A stretch of DNA of 64,000 nt from Candidatus Omnitrophota bacterium (GCA_029261065.1 JAJDCB010000011.1:111168-175167); one strand, 5' to 3'; counted from the first letter of the stretch, positions 34,606-45,330 are shown. The notes: a model not told the origin generated them from the letters alone. Translations and numbers: made by a program.

Positions 34606-36138
34606 TCATCCCCACCACCCCCGATCCAAACATCGATATTGAATCGCCTCGGCCATGTGATGCGGTTCGATGTTGGTTTTATGTTCCATATCAGCAATGG
34701 TCCGTGAAACTTTTAGGATTTTATCGTAAGAGCGCGCGGATAGCCCAAGTTCGTCGATTGCTTTTTTAAGAAGCTCTTTGCAATCCTGGCTAAGAGGGCA
34801 GGAGGTTTTGATTTGACGATGTGTCATATACGAGTTGGCATGAATCGTTGATCCTAAAAATCGTTGATGTTGTATCTCGCGGGTTTGTGTTGTGCGTTGT
34901 TTGATTTCTTTTGAACTTTCAGATTTTTGTTGTGACATGATTTGAAGCGATGGAAGAGAAGGGACTTCTAGATGGATATCAATTCTATCAAGGAGTGGCC
35001 CTGAAATTTTAGACATATATTTTTGAATTTGTTGCGGATGACATTGGCACTTTTTTTTAGGGTCGGTGTACCAACCACACGGACAAGGATTCATCGCACA
35101 GATCAACATAAAATGTGAGGGAAAGCGAACAGTCTTTGTGGCACGGGATATGGTGACATAGTGATCTTCGAGCGGTTGACGTAAGGCTTCTAAGACGTTG
35201 CGATTAAACTCGGGAAGTTCATCAAGAAAAAGAACACCGTTGTGACTTAAAGTGACCTCACCTGGTTTAGGATTGGATCGACCACCAACGATAGCAACAT
35301 CTGAGGTGGTGTGATGAGGCGAGCGAAAAGGTCTGTGGGTGAGCAATGATTCCCCCCTATTGAGTAATCCCATGACGGAATGAATTTTGGTTGTTTCAAG
35401 CGCCTCTTCTAAATTCATATCCGGCAAGATAGAGGGGATACGTTTAGCGAGCATGCTTTTGCCACTTCCAGGAGGACCGATGAGCAAGCAGTTGTGCGCG
35501 CCCGCCGCTGCAATCTCTAAACCACGTTTGACATGGCTTTGCCCTTTGACTTCACTAAAATCAATGTCTAGGGATTGTTTCTTTATAAGATAACTTGCCG
35601 TATCAACATCAACGGGTTTTATAGAATCGGAGTTATCTAAAAAGTAGACGACATCGTTAAGTGTTTTAACAGGATAAATATGGGTGTGATCAACGATCGC
35701 TGCTTCTTGAGCATTTTTATCTGGAAGGATAAGACCTTGAAATTTATCTTTGGGCATATTAAGCGCCACAGATAAAGCCCCGTTAATCGGTTGAATGCGT
35801 CCATCAAGAGAAAGTTCGCCAAGATAAACATATTGTCCCAAGGCCTGTGGATTGATTTGCTCCGTTGCCGCAAGCACTCCTAAAGCAATCGCTAAATCAA
35901 AAGACGGGCCTTCTTTTTTGGTATCAGCGGGAGATAAGTTGATTGTTATTCGCCGTGTTGGAAGTTTAAATCCTGTATTCTTAATGGCTGAACGCACGCG
36001 CTCCTTACTTTCTCGAATCGCACTATCTGGTAAACCGACAATAATAATTCCTGGCAAGCCACGCGAGACGTCGACTTCAATGACAACCTTAAAGGCATCT
36101 AATCCAGAAATTCCATATGAATATGTTTTGGCTAGCAT
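34606..36138 (-). CDS. comM: YifB/ComM family Mg-chelatase-like AAA+ ATPase
   Basis: IVGLPDSAIRESKERVRSA, NLSPADTKKEGPSFDLAIA, GPPGSGKSM, LDELPEF, AMNPCPCG. Confidence 0.95.
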   Translation of the reverse strand: MLAKTYSYGISGLDAFKVVIEVDVSRGLPGIIIVGLPDSAIRESKERVRSAIKNTGFKLPTRRITINLSPADTKKEGPSFDLAIALGVLAATEQINPQALGQYVYLGELSLDGRIQPINGALSVALNMPKDKFQGLILPDKNAQEAAIVDHTHIYPVKTLNDVVYFLDNSDSIKPVDVDTASYLIKKQSLDIDFSEVKGQSHVKRGLEIAAAGAHNCLLIGPPGSGKSMLAKRIPSILPDMNLEEALETTKIHSVMGLLNRGESLLTHRPFRSPHHTTSDVAIVGGRSNPKPGEVTLSHNGVLFLDELPEFNRNVLEALRQPLEDHYVTISRATKTVRFPSHFMLICAMNPCPCGWYTDPKKKCQCHPQQIQKYMSKISGPLLDRIDIHLEVPSLPSLQIMSQQKSESSKEIKQRTTQTREIQHQRFLGSTIHANSYMTHRQIKTSCPLSQDCKELLKKAIDELGLSARSYDKILKVSRTIADMEHKTNIEPHHMAEAIQYRCLDRGWWG

Positions 36139-36520
36139 GATTTATCCTTTTTCTTGTTAGGTGTAAATCCAATAGGATTTTTTTGTTTAGAGGGAGGATC
36201 AATTAATCGTTTGATTGCATTAAAAACAATTCGTAATTGATGGCCGTATTTTTTCTCCATCGTTTTGATTTTGCGTCTTAAGTCTTTGTGCGTCGTCATT
36301 AATTCTCGAAGTTTAGTGAACGTTCGCATAATTTGGATATTGACCTGAATGGCTTGTGTGCTATTTAAGACACTAGAAAGCATTAAAATACCATGCTCCG
36401 TAAAGGCCAAGGGTAGTTTTCGAGTACCATCCCAACTTGATGTGCCAAAATGGCACTTCAAGTCTGTAAACTTAAATTTTAAGTTTCTCCTTGTGACAAT
36501 TGGAACACGAAGTCCACAAG
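36132..36520 (-). pseudogene. ORF6N-domain DNA-binding protein remnant (frameshifted, 5'-truncated)
   Basis: LPLAFTEHGILMLSSVLNS...NIQIMRTF...PIGF. The preceding DFVFQLSQGE segment (cf. DFMFQL) lies in another frame ending in TAA; the N-terminus is missing. Confidence 0.7.
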
Positions 36521-36639
36521 GTATAGTTGTTTTTAAAAATTTAGGCAAAATGAATTTCTATGAGAATTTGTCTAGTTTTTTGGGAAGTATTTATAATTTG
36601 GGGAAATTTTTTTGGGGTAGGGGTATTCCGAATTGACTA

Positions 36640-36668
36640 AAGATAGCACACAATAGATTTTTGGTCAA
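36640..36668 (-). promoter_or_regulatory. Putative sigma70 promoter for the ORF6N remnant/comM
   Basis: TTGACC-N17-TATCTT with TGn extended -10 on the minus strand. Confidence 0.4.
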
Positions 36669-36948
36669 GGATGGGATAAGTTTGACTTTGGAGTTTCTGG
36701 AGGGTGAGGTTATGAATGCCGTAAAAATTTGTGCTTTTTTCAGCCTGCAAAAGCCCTTGCATTTTTGAAGCTCAAGTTTATAATGTAGATTACTATTACG
36801 TCCTTGGAGGCTATCTGTGGGTCATTTGTTTTGAGGTTTTGAGTGTTGAAAACATTACGTTTACAACAAAAAATACCATAAAATAAAACATTTACGGATG
36901 GCAACTTATCGATACTAATCAATACCAAATACACGAAATGTCCCCAAA

Positions 36949-37392
36949 TTGAGCGATTTGCTGAATAACAAAATTTTGATAACTACCTTAGCTGTTTGGG
37001 CTATTGCACAGACCCTAAAGGTGGTATTGGGGGTATTTAGGGAAAAACGGTTTAATTTTAAATGGTTTATCGGGACTGGCGGGATGCCTTCCAGTCATGC
37101 GGCTGGTGCGACGGCGTTGGCAACGAGTTGTGGGCTTCATGAAGGGTTTGGATCTGTAGCTTTTGCGTTATCAACAGTTTTTGCTCTTGTTACAATGTTT
37201 GATGCTCAAGGGGTTAGGCGTTCAGCTGGTCAGCAAGCCGTCATCTTAAATCAAATATTAGATGATATGTATTGGAAAGGCAAGATTGAAGCAGAACGTT
37301 TGTTTGAATTGATAGGACATTCTCCTCTTCAGGTTATTGCTGGAGGTGTTTTAGGTGTTGTCTTGGCGGCATATTTTTTTCAAGTTTGGTAA
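36949..37392 (+). CDS. Divergent PAP2 family protein (DUF212/YuiD-like)
   Basis: GTGGMPSSH, MFDAQGVRRSAGQQA, ELIGHSP. Confidence 0.92.
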   Translation: MSDLLNNKILITTLAVWAIAQTLKVVLGVFREKRFNFKWFIGTGGMPSSHAAGATALATSCGLHEGFGSVAFALSTVFALVTMFDAQGVRRSAGQQAVILNQILDDMYWKGKIEAERLFELIGHSPLQVIAGGVLGVVLAAYFFQVW

Positions 37393-37517
37393 TAAATTTT
37401 TTGTAATAAGAATTTTGAAGTCTATTATTTAGTTTTTTCAACAAAGTTAAAGAGGATCAATACGAAAACGGGGTTACCCTGTGATCATAATTACAAACTT
37501 AGCCAGGAGGGCGATAC

Positions 37518-38363
37518 GTGTTTAATTTAAGAAATATTATCATCGGGGCTGTTGGCATTGTATTAGTTGTTGTTATTTTAGTTGGTGTGGGACGTAATAA
37601 AGGATCGGAGAATGTCGTAACGGTTTCAGCAGATGATTCAACTTCTTCTAGCCAAGTTGACTCCACAGCACAACAACTGTTTGAGAAAGCAGAAAGCCTA
37701 AAGCGTGATAATAATCTTGTAGAGGCCAGAACACATTTCCAAGAAATTTCAAATGATTATCCTGATTTTGAAAATATTGAATATATAGAAAAAGAATTAG
37801 CGAAAATTAATATGAAAATTATTTTCTCTAATACGCCCACGGAAAAAGGAATTGTACATGAAGTTGTTTCTGGGGATACTTTAGGTAAGTTGGCTAAGAA
37901 ATATGGAACAACAATTGAGTTAATTAAAATTAGTAATCATCTTAAAAGTGATGTCATACGTTTAGGTGCAAAATTAAGAATTTGGACAGGGACATTTAAT
38001 ATCTACGTTGATAAATCGCAGAATATCCTTATTTTAAAAGATGAAGATAGTGTTGTTAAGGTTTATGATGTATCAACGGGAAAAAATAATAGTACGCCAG
38101 TTGGAGAATTTAAGATTACGACAAGGCTTATTGATCCTGTTTGGTTTAATCAAGGCGCTGTTGTTCCTGCCGAAAGCCCACAAAATGTATTAGGAACGCG
38201 TTGGTTAGGTTTTGATATACCTGGATATGGCATTCACGGTACGGTAGAACCTGGTACAATCGGTCAGCAAGTAACGGCGGGATGTGTCAGAATGAAGAAC
38301 GAGGATGTCGAGGAATTATATAGTATTATCCCTCTTAAAACTAAAGTTGTTATTACAGATTAA
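37518..38363 (+). CDS. LysM-containing L,D-transpeptidase (YkuD family)
   Basis: HEVVSGDTLGKLAKKYG (LysM); YGIHGT...TAGCVRM; RBS AGGAGG before GTG. Confidence 0.92.
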   Translation: MFNLRNIIIGAVGIVLVVVILVGVGRNKGSENVVTVSADDSTSSSQVDSTAQQLFEKAESLKRDNNLVEARTHFQEISNDYPDFENIEYIEKELAKINMKIIFSNTPTEKGIVHEVVSGDTLGKLAKKYGTTIELIKISNHLKSDVIRLGAKLRIWTGTFNIYVDKSQNILILKDEDSVVKVYDVSTGKNNSTPVGEFKITTRLIDPVWFNQGAVVPAESPQNVLGTRWLGFDIPGYGIHGTVEPGTIGQQVTAGCVRMKNEDVEELYSIIPLKTKVVITD

Positions 38364-38479
38364 CAAAGAGTTATGAGCTTAGAGTATGATGCTTTCAATA
38401 ACATTATTTTCTAAGTTTTTGCTCTTATTGACATTTTCTTTAATATAAGGAAATGACAAATAATGGGGTGGTTGTTGTG

Positions 38480-39430
38480 ATGTTAGAATTTGAAAAACCC
38501 ATATATGAATTAGAAGTTAAGATTGAAGAGCTTAGGAATTTTGGATCTGATAAAAATATTAAATTGGATCCGGAAATAAAGAAGCTTGAAGAAAAATTGG
38601 AAAAAATGAAGAGAGAGATTTATTCCAATCTTTCTACGTGGCAACGTGTGCAAATTGCACGTCATCCTGATAGGCCTTATACACTAGATTATGTCCGTTT
38701 GATTATGACAGATTTTGTGGAATTGCATGGCGATCGGCAATTTGCTGATGATCATGCTATGGTTGCTGGCTTTGCTAAGTTGGGTGATACGAAGGTTCTT
38801 GTTATTGGTCAGCAAAAGGGGCGTGATACCAAAGAATCTTTAGTGCGCAATTTCGGTTGTGCTCATCCTGAAGGTTATCGCAAGGCGATTCGGCTAATGC
38901 AGTTGGCTGAAAAGTTTCAACTTCCGGTTGTTATATTTATCGATACACCAGGCGCCTATCCAGGGATGGGGGCGGAGGAGCGAGGTCAGGCACAAGCGAT
39001 CGCAGAAAATTTAAAAGACATGGCGAACATTAGTGTCCCAATCGTTGCAACAGTAATTGGTGAGGGAGGAAGCGGTGGTGCATTAGGTATTGGCATTGCA
39101 GACCGTGTTTTTATTTTAGAACATGCGTATTATTCAGTCATTTCTCCCGAGGGCTGCGCATCCATTCTTTGGCGAAATGCTGTTAAGGCTCCTGAAGCAG
39201 CTGAAGTCTTAAAAATTACCTCAGAACATTTATTAAAATTTGGTATCGTTGAAGCAATCATTAAAGAACCTCTCGGTGGCGTTCACCATGATCCAGTCTC
39301 TTTATCCCATCAGTTAAAAGATGTTATTCTTAAAAATATTCAAGAACTTTCGAAATTACCAAAAGAAGAATTGTTAGAACAGCGTTACCAGAAGTTTCGA
39401 AAAGTAGGCGAATATATCGAAGAAGCATAA
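38480..39430 (+). CDS. accA: Acetyl-CoA carboxylase carboxyltransferase alpha subunit
   Basis: LEFEKPI, ARHPDRP, ELHGDR, IDTPGAYPG, GEGGSGGA, SVISPEGCASIL; alternative start at 38453. Confidence 0.97.
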   Translation: MLEFEKPIYELEVKIEELRNFGSDKNIKLDPEIKKLEEKLEKMKREIYSNLSTWQRVQIARHPDRPYTLDYVRLIMTDFVELHGDRQFADDHAMVAGFAKLGDTKVLVIGQQKGRDTKESLVRNFGCAHPEGYRKAIRLMQLAEKFQLPVVIFIDTPGAYPGMGAEERGQAQAIAENLKDMANISVPIVATVIGEGGSGGALGIGIADRVFILEHAYYSVISPEGCASILWRNAVKAPEAAEVLKITSEHLLKFGIVEAIIKEPLGGVHHDPVSLSHQLKDVILKNIQELSKLPKEELLEQRYQKFRKVGEYIEEA

Positions 39431-39445
39431 ATAAAAAACGAAATT

Positions 39446-40480
39446 ATGACGACCATAAAAGATATTAGAGAATTATCTTATCCTGAGCTAGTGGACTATT
39501 GTTTATCCATCAATGAGCCTGATTACCGTGCTACTCAAATTTTTGAATGGATCTATCAAAAGAGTACTAGTTCTTTTGATGAGATGAGAAATTTATCAGA
39601 AACGTTAAAAAATCAATTAAATAAAGACTTTGTTTTTAAACCATTAGATATCGAGAAAAAAGAGGTGTCGGAAGATGGAACAACAAAGTTTTTATTTAAT
39701 TTAGATGATGGGCAACGTGTCGAAACGGTTTTGATTCCAGCGAAGACGAGAACAACAGTGTGCGTCTCAACCCAAGCAGGGTGTAAGTTTGGATGTAAGT
39801 TTTGTGCGAGTGGAATTGGAGGGTGGACGCGTAATTTAGCAACAGCGGAAATTTTAGCCCAGATATTGCATGTCAAAGAAGAGTCCCTTAAACATAAAAA
39901 GCCATTATCGCATGTAGTATTTATGGGGGTTGGTGAGCCGCTTGATAATTTTGATTATTTAATGAAAGCGATTAGAATGATTAATAATAAAAAGGCATTA
40001 AATATTGGTGCAAGACGGATAACAGTCTCGACATGTGGTGTTATTCCTAAGATTCATGATTTAGGAAAACAAGGATTGCAAATTGAACTCGCCATATCTT
40101 TACACGGATTTGATAATGATTCACGAAATGTTTTAATGCCCGTCAATAAAAAGTATCCTTTTAATGAATTGATGAAGGCTTGTCGTGAGTACATAAAATC
40201 TACTAAACGACAAATTACCTTCGAATATATCTTGATCAAGGATGTGACCTGTTCGAATGAAGCCGTTCAGTCATTAAAGAAGGCCTTTCAGGGGATGATT
40301 TGTAAAATGAACTTAATTCCTTACAACCCTGTAAAAGAGTTTGATCATCAGACACCTACGCGGCAAGAAATTTATCAGTTTAAAGATCAATTGGAAAAGT
40401 TTGGTGTGCATGCCACTGTGCGCATGCCAAGAGGGCGCGACATTTCAGGCGCTTGTGGGCAATTGCGACTTAGACAGTAA
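39446..40480 (+). CDS. rlmN: Dual-specificity RNA methyltransferase RlmN
   Basis: CVSTQAGCKFGCKFCASG, FMGVGEP, NLIPYN, DISGACGQL. Confidence 0.96.
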   Translation: MTTIKDIRELSYPELVDYCLSINEPDYRATQIFEWIYQKSTSSFDEMRNLSETLKNQLNKDFVFKPLDIEKKEVSEDGTTKFLFNLDDGQRVETVLIPAKTRTTVCVSTQAGCKFGCKFCASGIGGWTRNLATAEILAQILHVKEESLKHKKPLSHVVFMGVGEPLDNFDYLMKAIRMINNKKALNIGARRITVSTCGVIPKIHDLGKQGLQIELAISLHGFDNDSRNVLMPVNKKYPFNELMKACREYIKSTKRQITFEYILIKDVTCSNEAVQSLKKAFQGMICKMNLIPYNPVKEFDHQTPTRQEIYQFKDQLEKFGVHATVRMPRGRDISGACGQLRLRQ

Positions 40481-40569
40481 TTATCGAGGTATTCATCATT
40501 AATATATTTTTAGATAAGTTAAAAAGGATATCGGATAGTCCCGCTAAAAGTATAGGGGTTATCGTATTT

Positions 40570-42222
40570 TTGACACTTTGTGCCTTTGGTAATATTTATT
40601 TTAACGATTTTGTTTTAGATGATATCGACTTTATCGTTAACTGGCCTCTCATTCGCGATCTTCGAAATATTCCAAAATTTTTTATTGGATACACCCCACC
40701 TGTTGGACAAGAAGGCGTTTATTCTCCTCTTAAGACATTAATTCATGCCATTAATTACAATTTATTTAAAGAAAATCCTTTTGGATATCATGTTATTGCG
40801 ATTGCAATTCACCTTCTCGGGACGGTATTTGCTTACAAAATAATTTCCCTTTTAACAAAGAACAATTTAGTTTCCTTTTTAAGTGCATTATTTTTTGGAT
40901 TGCATCCTGTCCATGCTGGCGTCATCACAAACTTAACTGGCAGTGTTGATGCTGCTGGTATGGCATTTATGTTTATTGCTTTTTATTACTATATGCAAAC
41001 AAGCGCAGATACCTCTGCTTTTAAAGAAAAAAGTTATTGGAAGTCAATCGTGTTTGCTTTTTTAGCTGTCTATACGCATGAACTTGTTATCACATTGCCA
41101 TTGGTCATTTTTTGGTATGACTTGTGTTTTAAGAGATATAGAAAATCGGTAACTGAATGTGCGATTCGCGTGGCACCATTTTTCTTAATCGTTGGCACAT
41201 ATGTAATCGCCAAGTTTTTAAATTTCGGAACAATATTAAGAGGCGGGTATCTTTATGATAATTTTATATTAACGCAACTTGTTATTATTAAGGCGTTGTG
41301 GAAATATGTGATGATTTGTTTTTTTCCTTTCAAGTTAACGCATAATCATGTCATTTCACCAGGTATTTATTCGTTTTCATTCGATGATTTCGATAAAGCA
41401 TCCGTCTTATCACAGTCTTTTTTTGAATGGAAGGTTATATTATCCATATGTCTTTTGATTGGCCTGTTGTATTGGGCGATCAAATCTTGGAAGAAAAATC
41501 CTCTTATCACGTTTTCTATTGGGTGGTTTTATATATGTTTACTTCCGGTTTTACAACTTGTCCCTAGCGCCGTTTTGTTTGCTGAAAGATATTTATATCC
41601 TGGATCCATGACATTTTGTTTACTGTTAGCCTTATGTTTATCTAAGGGTTTGGAGCAAGCGAATAAGTCTATTAAGACGTTATCTGTGTTGTTTTTTATT
41701 TTTTGCGTTATTTTTTATTCGGGCAGAACATGGATGCGCAGTGCAGATTTTAAAGATGAGATCACCCTTTTTGAAACGGTTGTAAAAGCTAACCCCAAAA
41801 GTGCTCTTATGCGCACAGATTTAGGGGTGGTTTATACACGTTTCGAACAGAACCAAAAAGCCTTGAATAGTTTTCATGAAGCTCTTAAAATTCGTCAGGA
41901 CGATGCTGACATTTATTTTTTAATGTCAGAGCCATATATTCAGTTAAATGATCATGATAAAGCACGCGAAGCTTTATTAAAGGCGATTGAGTTAAATCCA
42001 GATTATGCGGATGCCTATTATAATTTAGCTGGTTTGTATGCCATGAGCGAAGAGGAGGACAAAGCTATGGCTGCAATTAATACATCCATGAATTTGTATC
42101 ACACCCAAGGGCGCGATCAAGAGGCAACGGAGTATCTAGCCGTTTTCTTAAATTATTTTTACCCCGAGCTTAACAAAGAGTTAATGGAAGGTTTAATTCA
42201 AGAAATGATAGAAAAACAATAG
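40570..42222 (+). CDS. TMTC-like GT-C membrane glycosyltransferase with TPRs
   Basis: FVLDD, YSPL, FGLHPVH, FAERYLY, TPR tail; start uncertain because the frame is open further upstream. Confidence 0.85.
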   Translation: MTLCAFGNIYFNDFVLDDIDFIVNWPLIRDLRNIPKFFIGYTPPVGQEGVYSPLKTLIHAINYNLFKENPFGYHVIAIAIHLLGTVFAYKIISLLTKNNLVSFLSALFFGLHPVHAGVITNLTGSVDAAGMAFMFIAFYYYMQTSADTSAFKEKSYWKSIVFAFLAVYTHELVITLPLVIFWYDLCFKRYRKSVTECAIRVAPFFLIVGTYVIAKFLNFGTILRGGYLYDNFILTQLVIIKALWKYVMICFFPFKLTHNHVISPGIYSFSFDDFDKASVLSQSFFEWKVILSICLLIGLLYWAIKSWKKNPLITFSIGWFYICLLPVLQLVPSAVLFAERYLYPGSMTFCLLLALCLSKGLEQANKSIKTLSVLFFIFCVIFYSGRTWMRSADFKDEITLFETVVKANPKSALMRTDLGVVYTRFEQNQKALNSFHEALKIRQDDADIYFLMSEPYIQLNDHDKAREALLKAIELNPDYADAYYNLAGLYAMSEEEDKAMAAINTSMNLYHTQGRDQEATEYLAVFLNYFYPELNKELMEGLIQEMIEKQ

Positions 42223-42235
42223 GCTGGAATCCATT

Positions 42236-42940
42236 ATGAAGTATTCTTTTCTCTTTCCTGTCTACAATGCCGAATCCCTTTTAAATAATACTTATCGTCA
42301 GATAAAAACGTTTGCTGATACGTTAGATCAAGACTATGAAATCATTTTTTGGGATGATGGAAGTCGTGATGAGTCAGTAAAGAAGTTAGCGGAGATATCA
42401 AAATTATCTAAATCTGTTTTTTTTGGTCGTAATGATCGAAATAGAGGATTAGGTTTCACATTAAGAAAGTTGTTTGACAAAGCGCAAGGTGAGATAGTCA
42501 TCTACTGTGATTGTGATTTGCCTTTTGGGATTGAAGGTATTGAAAAACTGATAGCTAAAATACCTTTAGCTGATATTGTTGTGGCTTCAAGGTATCAGTC
42601 TATTGGGCCTGAAGTCTCATGGATTCGACAAAGGTGTAGTCGCATGTATTATTTTCTAATGAAATGTTTGTTTGCTATTACGGTTAAAGACATCGGTTCT
42701 GGTACGGTGGCCTTTCGATCAGATGTTCTTAAGGGATTGAATCTCAGTCGAGATGGATTTGACATCCATACAGAAATTTTTGTTAAAGCTAGTGATAGAA
42801 AATTTCAAGTAATGGAGGTGGCAGCCCAATCATTTTCTCAAAAATATTCTACATTTAAGATTTTAAAACATGGACCGAAGGTGATATTATCTACGTTAAA
42901 ATTTTGGTTAGATAATAATAAAAAAGAAGTGACCGTTTGA
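42236..42940 (+). CDS. GT2 glycosyltransferase (polyprenol-phosphate glycosyltransferase-like)
   Basis: FPVYNAE, DDGSRD, NRGLG, DCDL, VVASRY. Confidence 0.88.
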   Translation: MKYSFLFPVYNAESLLNNTYRQIKTFADTLDQDYEIIFWDDGSRDESVKKLAEISKLSKSVFFGRNDRNRGLGFTLRKLFDKAQGEIVIYCDCDLPFGIEGIEKLIAKIPLADIVVASRYQSIGPEVSWIRQRCSRMYYFLMKCLFAITVKDIGSGTVAFRSDVLKGLNLSRDGFDIHTEIFVKASDRKFQVMEVAAQSFSQKYSTFKILKHGPKVILSTLKFWLDNNKKEVTV

Positions 42941-42965
42941 AGTTGAGTTTGGGGTAAGTTATTTA

Positions 42966-43514
42966 CTACTGCATGGTCGCTTGGATTTGGTTCATGAGTT
43001 GTTTAAGCTTTGGATTTTGCATGAGTTTTTGAACCTTAGCATTGCCTTCCAAACGTGAGGGATCGTAACTTAGTAAATCGCTCATGAGTTCTTGATCAGC
43101 TAGAAGAGCCGCAATTTCAGGATCGCTAAGCAGGGTTTGAATTTGATCCATGAATTGAGGGTTGCTTAAGATGGATCCCTGCAATTGCTGAATCTGTGAT
43201 TCAAATTCAGAATTACCCCCAGCCCCTCCTAAGGCACTTAGTCCGCCAAATCCACTTAAAAGAGAGCTATTACTACCAGATAATGAGGATGCTGCACTAT
43301 TTGTGACATTAATGCTGACAATGTTGGAATCATCAACGGAGAGTTCTCCTAAATTTTTTGTTTTAATCGTATATTGACCATTTCCAAATCCAACGACCTC
43401 TCCCTTGATGACTGTACCGTCTTTAAGGGTGATCGTTTTTTGCGTCTCGGCATAGGCTGGGTTGCCTAGGATTAGGATGAGTGAAAGTATGAGAAAGGGT
43501 GTTCTAATTTTCAT
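42966..43514 (-). CDS. Hypothetical exported protein
   Basis: Signal peptide ending AYA; ITLKDGTVIKGEV beta domain; Gly/Ser linker; STI1-like NP/DP-rich tail. Confidence 0.75.
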   Translation of the reverse strand: MKIRTPFLILSLILILGNPAYAETQKTITLKDGTVIKGEVVGFGNGQYTIKTKNLGELSVDDSNIVSINVTNSAASSLSGSNSSLLSGFGGLSALGGAGGNSEFESQIQQLQGSILSNPQFMDQIQTLLSDPEIAALLADQELMSDLLSYDPSRLEGNAKVQKLMQNPKLKQLMNQIQATMQ

Positions 43515-43570
43515 AGTATAAGTGTACTTTATAACACCATTGGCGTCAATGCCAGGGGAGCTAAATATGT

Positions 43571-45049
43571 CTATTTCTTGGTTAGTCGGTAAAGGTTGTT
43601 GGTATATATAAGATTATGATATGCCCCTTTGTACCATCCTTCTGAGATTTGTTCTCCGACATAATTCAGATTGTAGTGTTCTTTAACAAAATTGGAAAAT
43701 TTGTGTTCGAGATCATAAGAACTTAAACTGAGTGCCGTGATATATACAGGTATGTTTGACTCAAGGTTTTCATCAACACTTTTTTTAAAGTCATCAAGCA
43801 TATGCTCCTTTATAGTATATGCAAGAGGACGGCCAAGGACAGCACGGTTACCATAATAACTATAGAATTTAGAATTGTCCGTTATGATTATTTTAGCATT
43901 TTCTTCAGTTGAGTCAGTTACCCAACGGACAAATTCTGGAAGAATAGCATTTTGGTTACGAATATACAAAATAGGATGCGCGCTTGAAAAGAGATATAAG
44001 AAAATGGCAAGGTAACATACGTAGGCAGGTAACTTTGTAAAAAAAGAAAATTCAGTCATTTTTTTGTAAAACATTCCTTGTGCTATGAACAAGGGGGGGA
44101 GAATGATAGCTAAGAAACGGGGGGCAGAGGTGATAAGGTTTCCATAAAAGAGAAGGGGAACGATTGTCCAAAGCAATAAGAATAGAGATAATTTATAATT
44201 GGTTTTAAAAAGAATGATAAATCCAAGACATGAAAAGATTAATCCAACAAGAGTTGTCGTCTCAGTTAAATAGGTTAGTGAGATGAATAAAATAGGTGAT
44301 AAGAAGCCCATAAAGTTTTGTTTCAATCCTGATTCCCAAAATGTAGAGAATTGTCCGTAGAACAAGTTTCGCGATTTAGTTAAAAGATAGGGGGCATGAA
44401 ATAGAGCAGCAATAACAAAAGCGATGGCAAAGAATTGCAGGAGATGTTTCCAATGTATTTTGTCTTTTTTAAGAAGCAAGAAAAGTGAGGCTAACGGAAT
44501 GATCATCAAAATCATATCTTGTACGCGAGCCGCCCCCATTAAACCGAAAAAAATACTACCCCAAAGCAGAAGACGTTTGTTTCTATTTTCAAAGTAATAA
44601 ATCAAACAAAGGATGCACAAAAAAAGCAAAAACAAACTGGGTGTATGGCTTTTTCCGTAAACGGATAATCCAAGAAAGATGGGTGAGATAGAGAATGTGA
44701 CAGCGCCAAGGAGAGCAGAAAAGGGGTCTGATAGTTTTTTGGCGATGAAATAAAAAAGAGGAATACTTAAGGCGCTTAAAACGACACTCATAAGATTTAC
44801 ACTAAAGACAGGGTCATCAATAGAAAAAAGACGTGTTAGAAAAATAAAAAATGAACCGAGAATAACGGTTAAAGGGTAACCAGGTCCGAAAAGATAGTGA
44901 AGTTGAAAGGTGTCTAATGTTTTCTCGGCATTAATGGCTAAATTGAGACAGTCAAGATGGAAGGGGCCTTTACTTATGAGATGAAGGCGGAGTAGGAGGC
45001 TTAAAAAAAATAGAATAAATGGAATCGTATATTTTTTAAGTGATGTCAT
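43571..45049 (-). CDS. GT-C (PMT/ArnT-like) integral membrane glycosyltransferase
   Basis: About 11 TM helices, PGYPL, PRFL motif, soluble C-terminal domain. Confidence 0.75.
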   Translation of the reverse strand: MTSLKKYTIPFILFFLSLLLRLHLISKGPFHLDCLNLAINAEKTLDTFQLHYLFGPGYPLTVILGSFFIFLTRLFSIDDPVFSVNLMSVVLSALSIPLFYFIAKKLSDPFSALLGAVTFSISPIFLGLSVYGKSHTPSLFLLFLCILCLIYYFENRNKRLLLWGSIFFGLMGAARVQDMILMIIPLASLFLLLKKDKIHWKHLLQFFAIAFVIAALFHAPYLLTKSRNLFYGQFSTFWESGLKQNFMGFLSPILFISLTYLTETTTLVGLIFSCLGFIILFKTNYKLSLFLLLWTIVPLLFYGNLITSAPRFLAIILPPLFIAQGMFYKKMTEFSFFTKLPAYVCYLAIFLYLFSSAHPILYIRNQNAILPEFVRWVTDSTEENAKIIITDNSKFYSYYGNRAVLGRPLAYTIKEHMLDDFKKSVDENLESNIPVYITALSLSSYDLEHKFSNFVKEHYNLNYVGEQISEGWYKGAYHNLIYTNNLYRLTKK

Positions 45050-45068
45050 TGATACCTAATCTAAGAAA

Positions 45069-45155
45069 TGGTGCTGGAGGAGGGAATCGAACCCTCATGG
45101 CCTTGCGACCGCTGGATTTTGAATCCAGTGCGTCTACCAATTTCACCACTCCAGC
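45069..45155 (-). tRNA. tRNA-Leu (CAA)
   Basis: Reverse complement GCTGGAGTGGTGAAATTGGTAGACGCACTGGATTCAAAATCCAGCGGTCGCAAGGCCATGAGGGTTCGATTCCCTCCTCCAGCACCA; long variable arm, CCA encoded. Confidence 0.97.
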
Positions 45156-45189
45156 GATAATACTCTATTTCTTGCAAATCGCTGGAATC

Positions 45190-45308
45190 CTTCGAAGCTC
45201 AAACACGAAAGTATTTGAGCGAAGTAGGATCCAGCAACCTATATATTACATTATTGTAAAGTTTGCAATTTTGCTACACTTAAATACTTTCGTGTTTGAG
45301 CTTCGAAG
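45190..45308. repeat. Two oppositely oriented 35-nt hairpin repeats downstream of the GIY-YIG gene
   Basis: CTTCGAAGCTCAAACACGAAAGTATTTGAGCGAAG (45190-45224) and a reverse copy (45274-45308). Confidence 0.8.
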
Positions 45309-45330
45309 AACGAGCAATCTATAAGCTACA

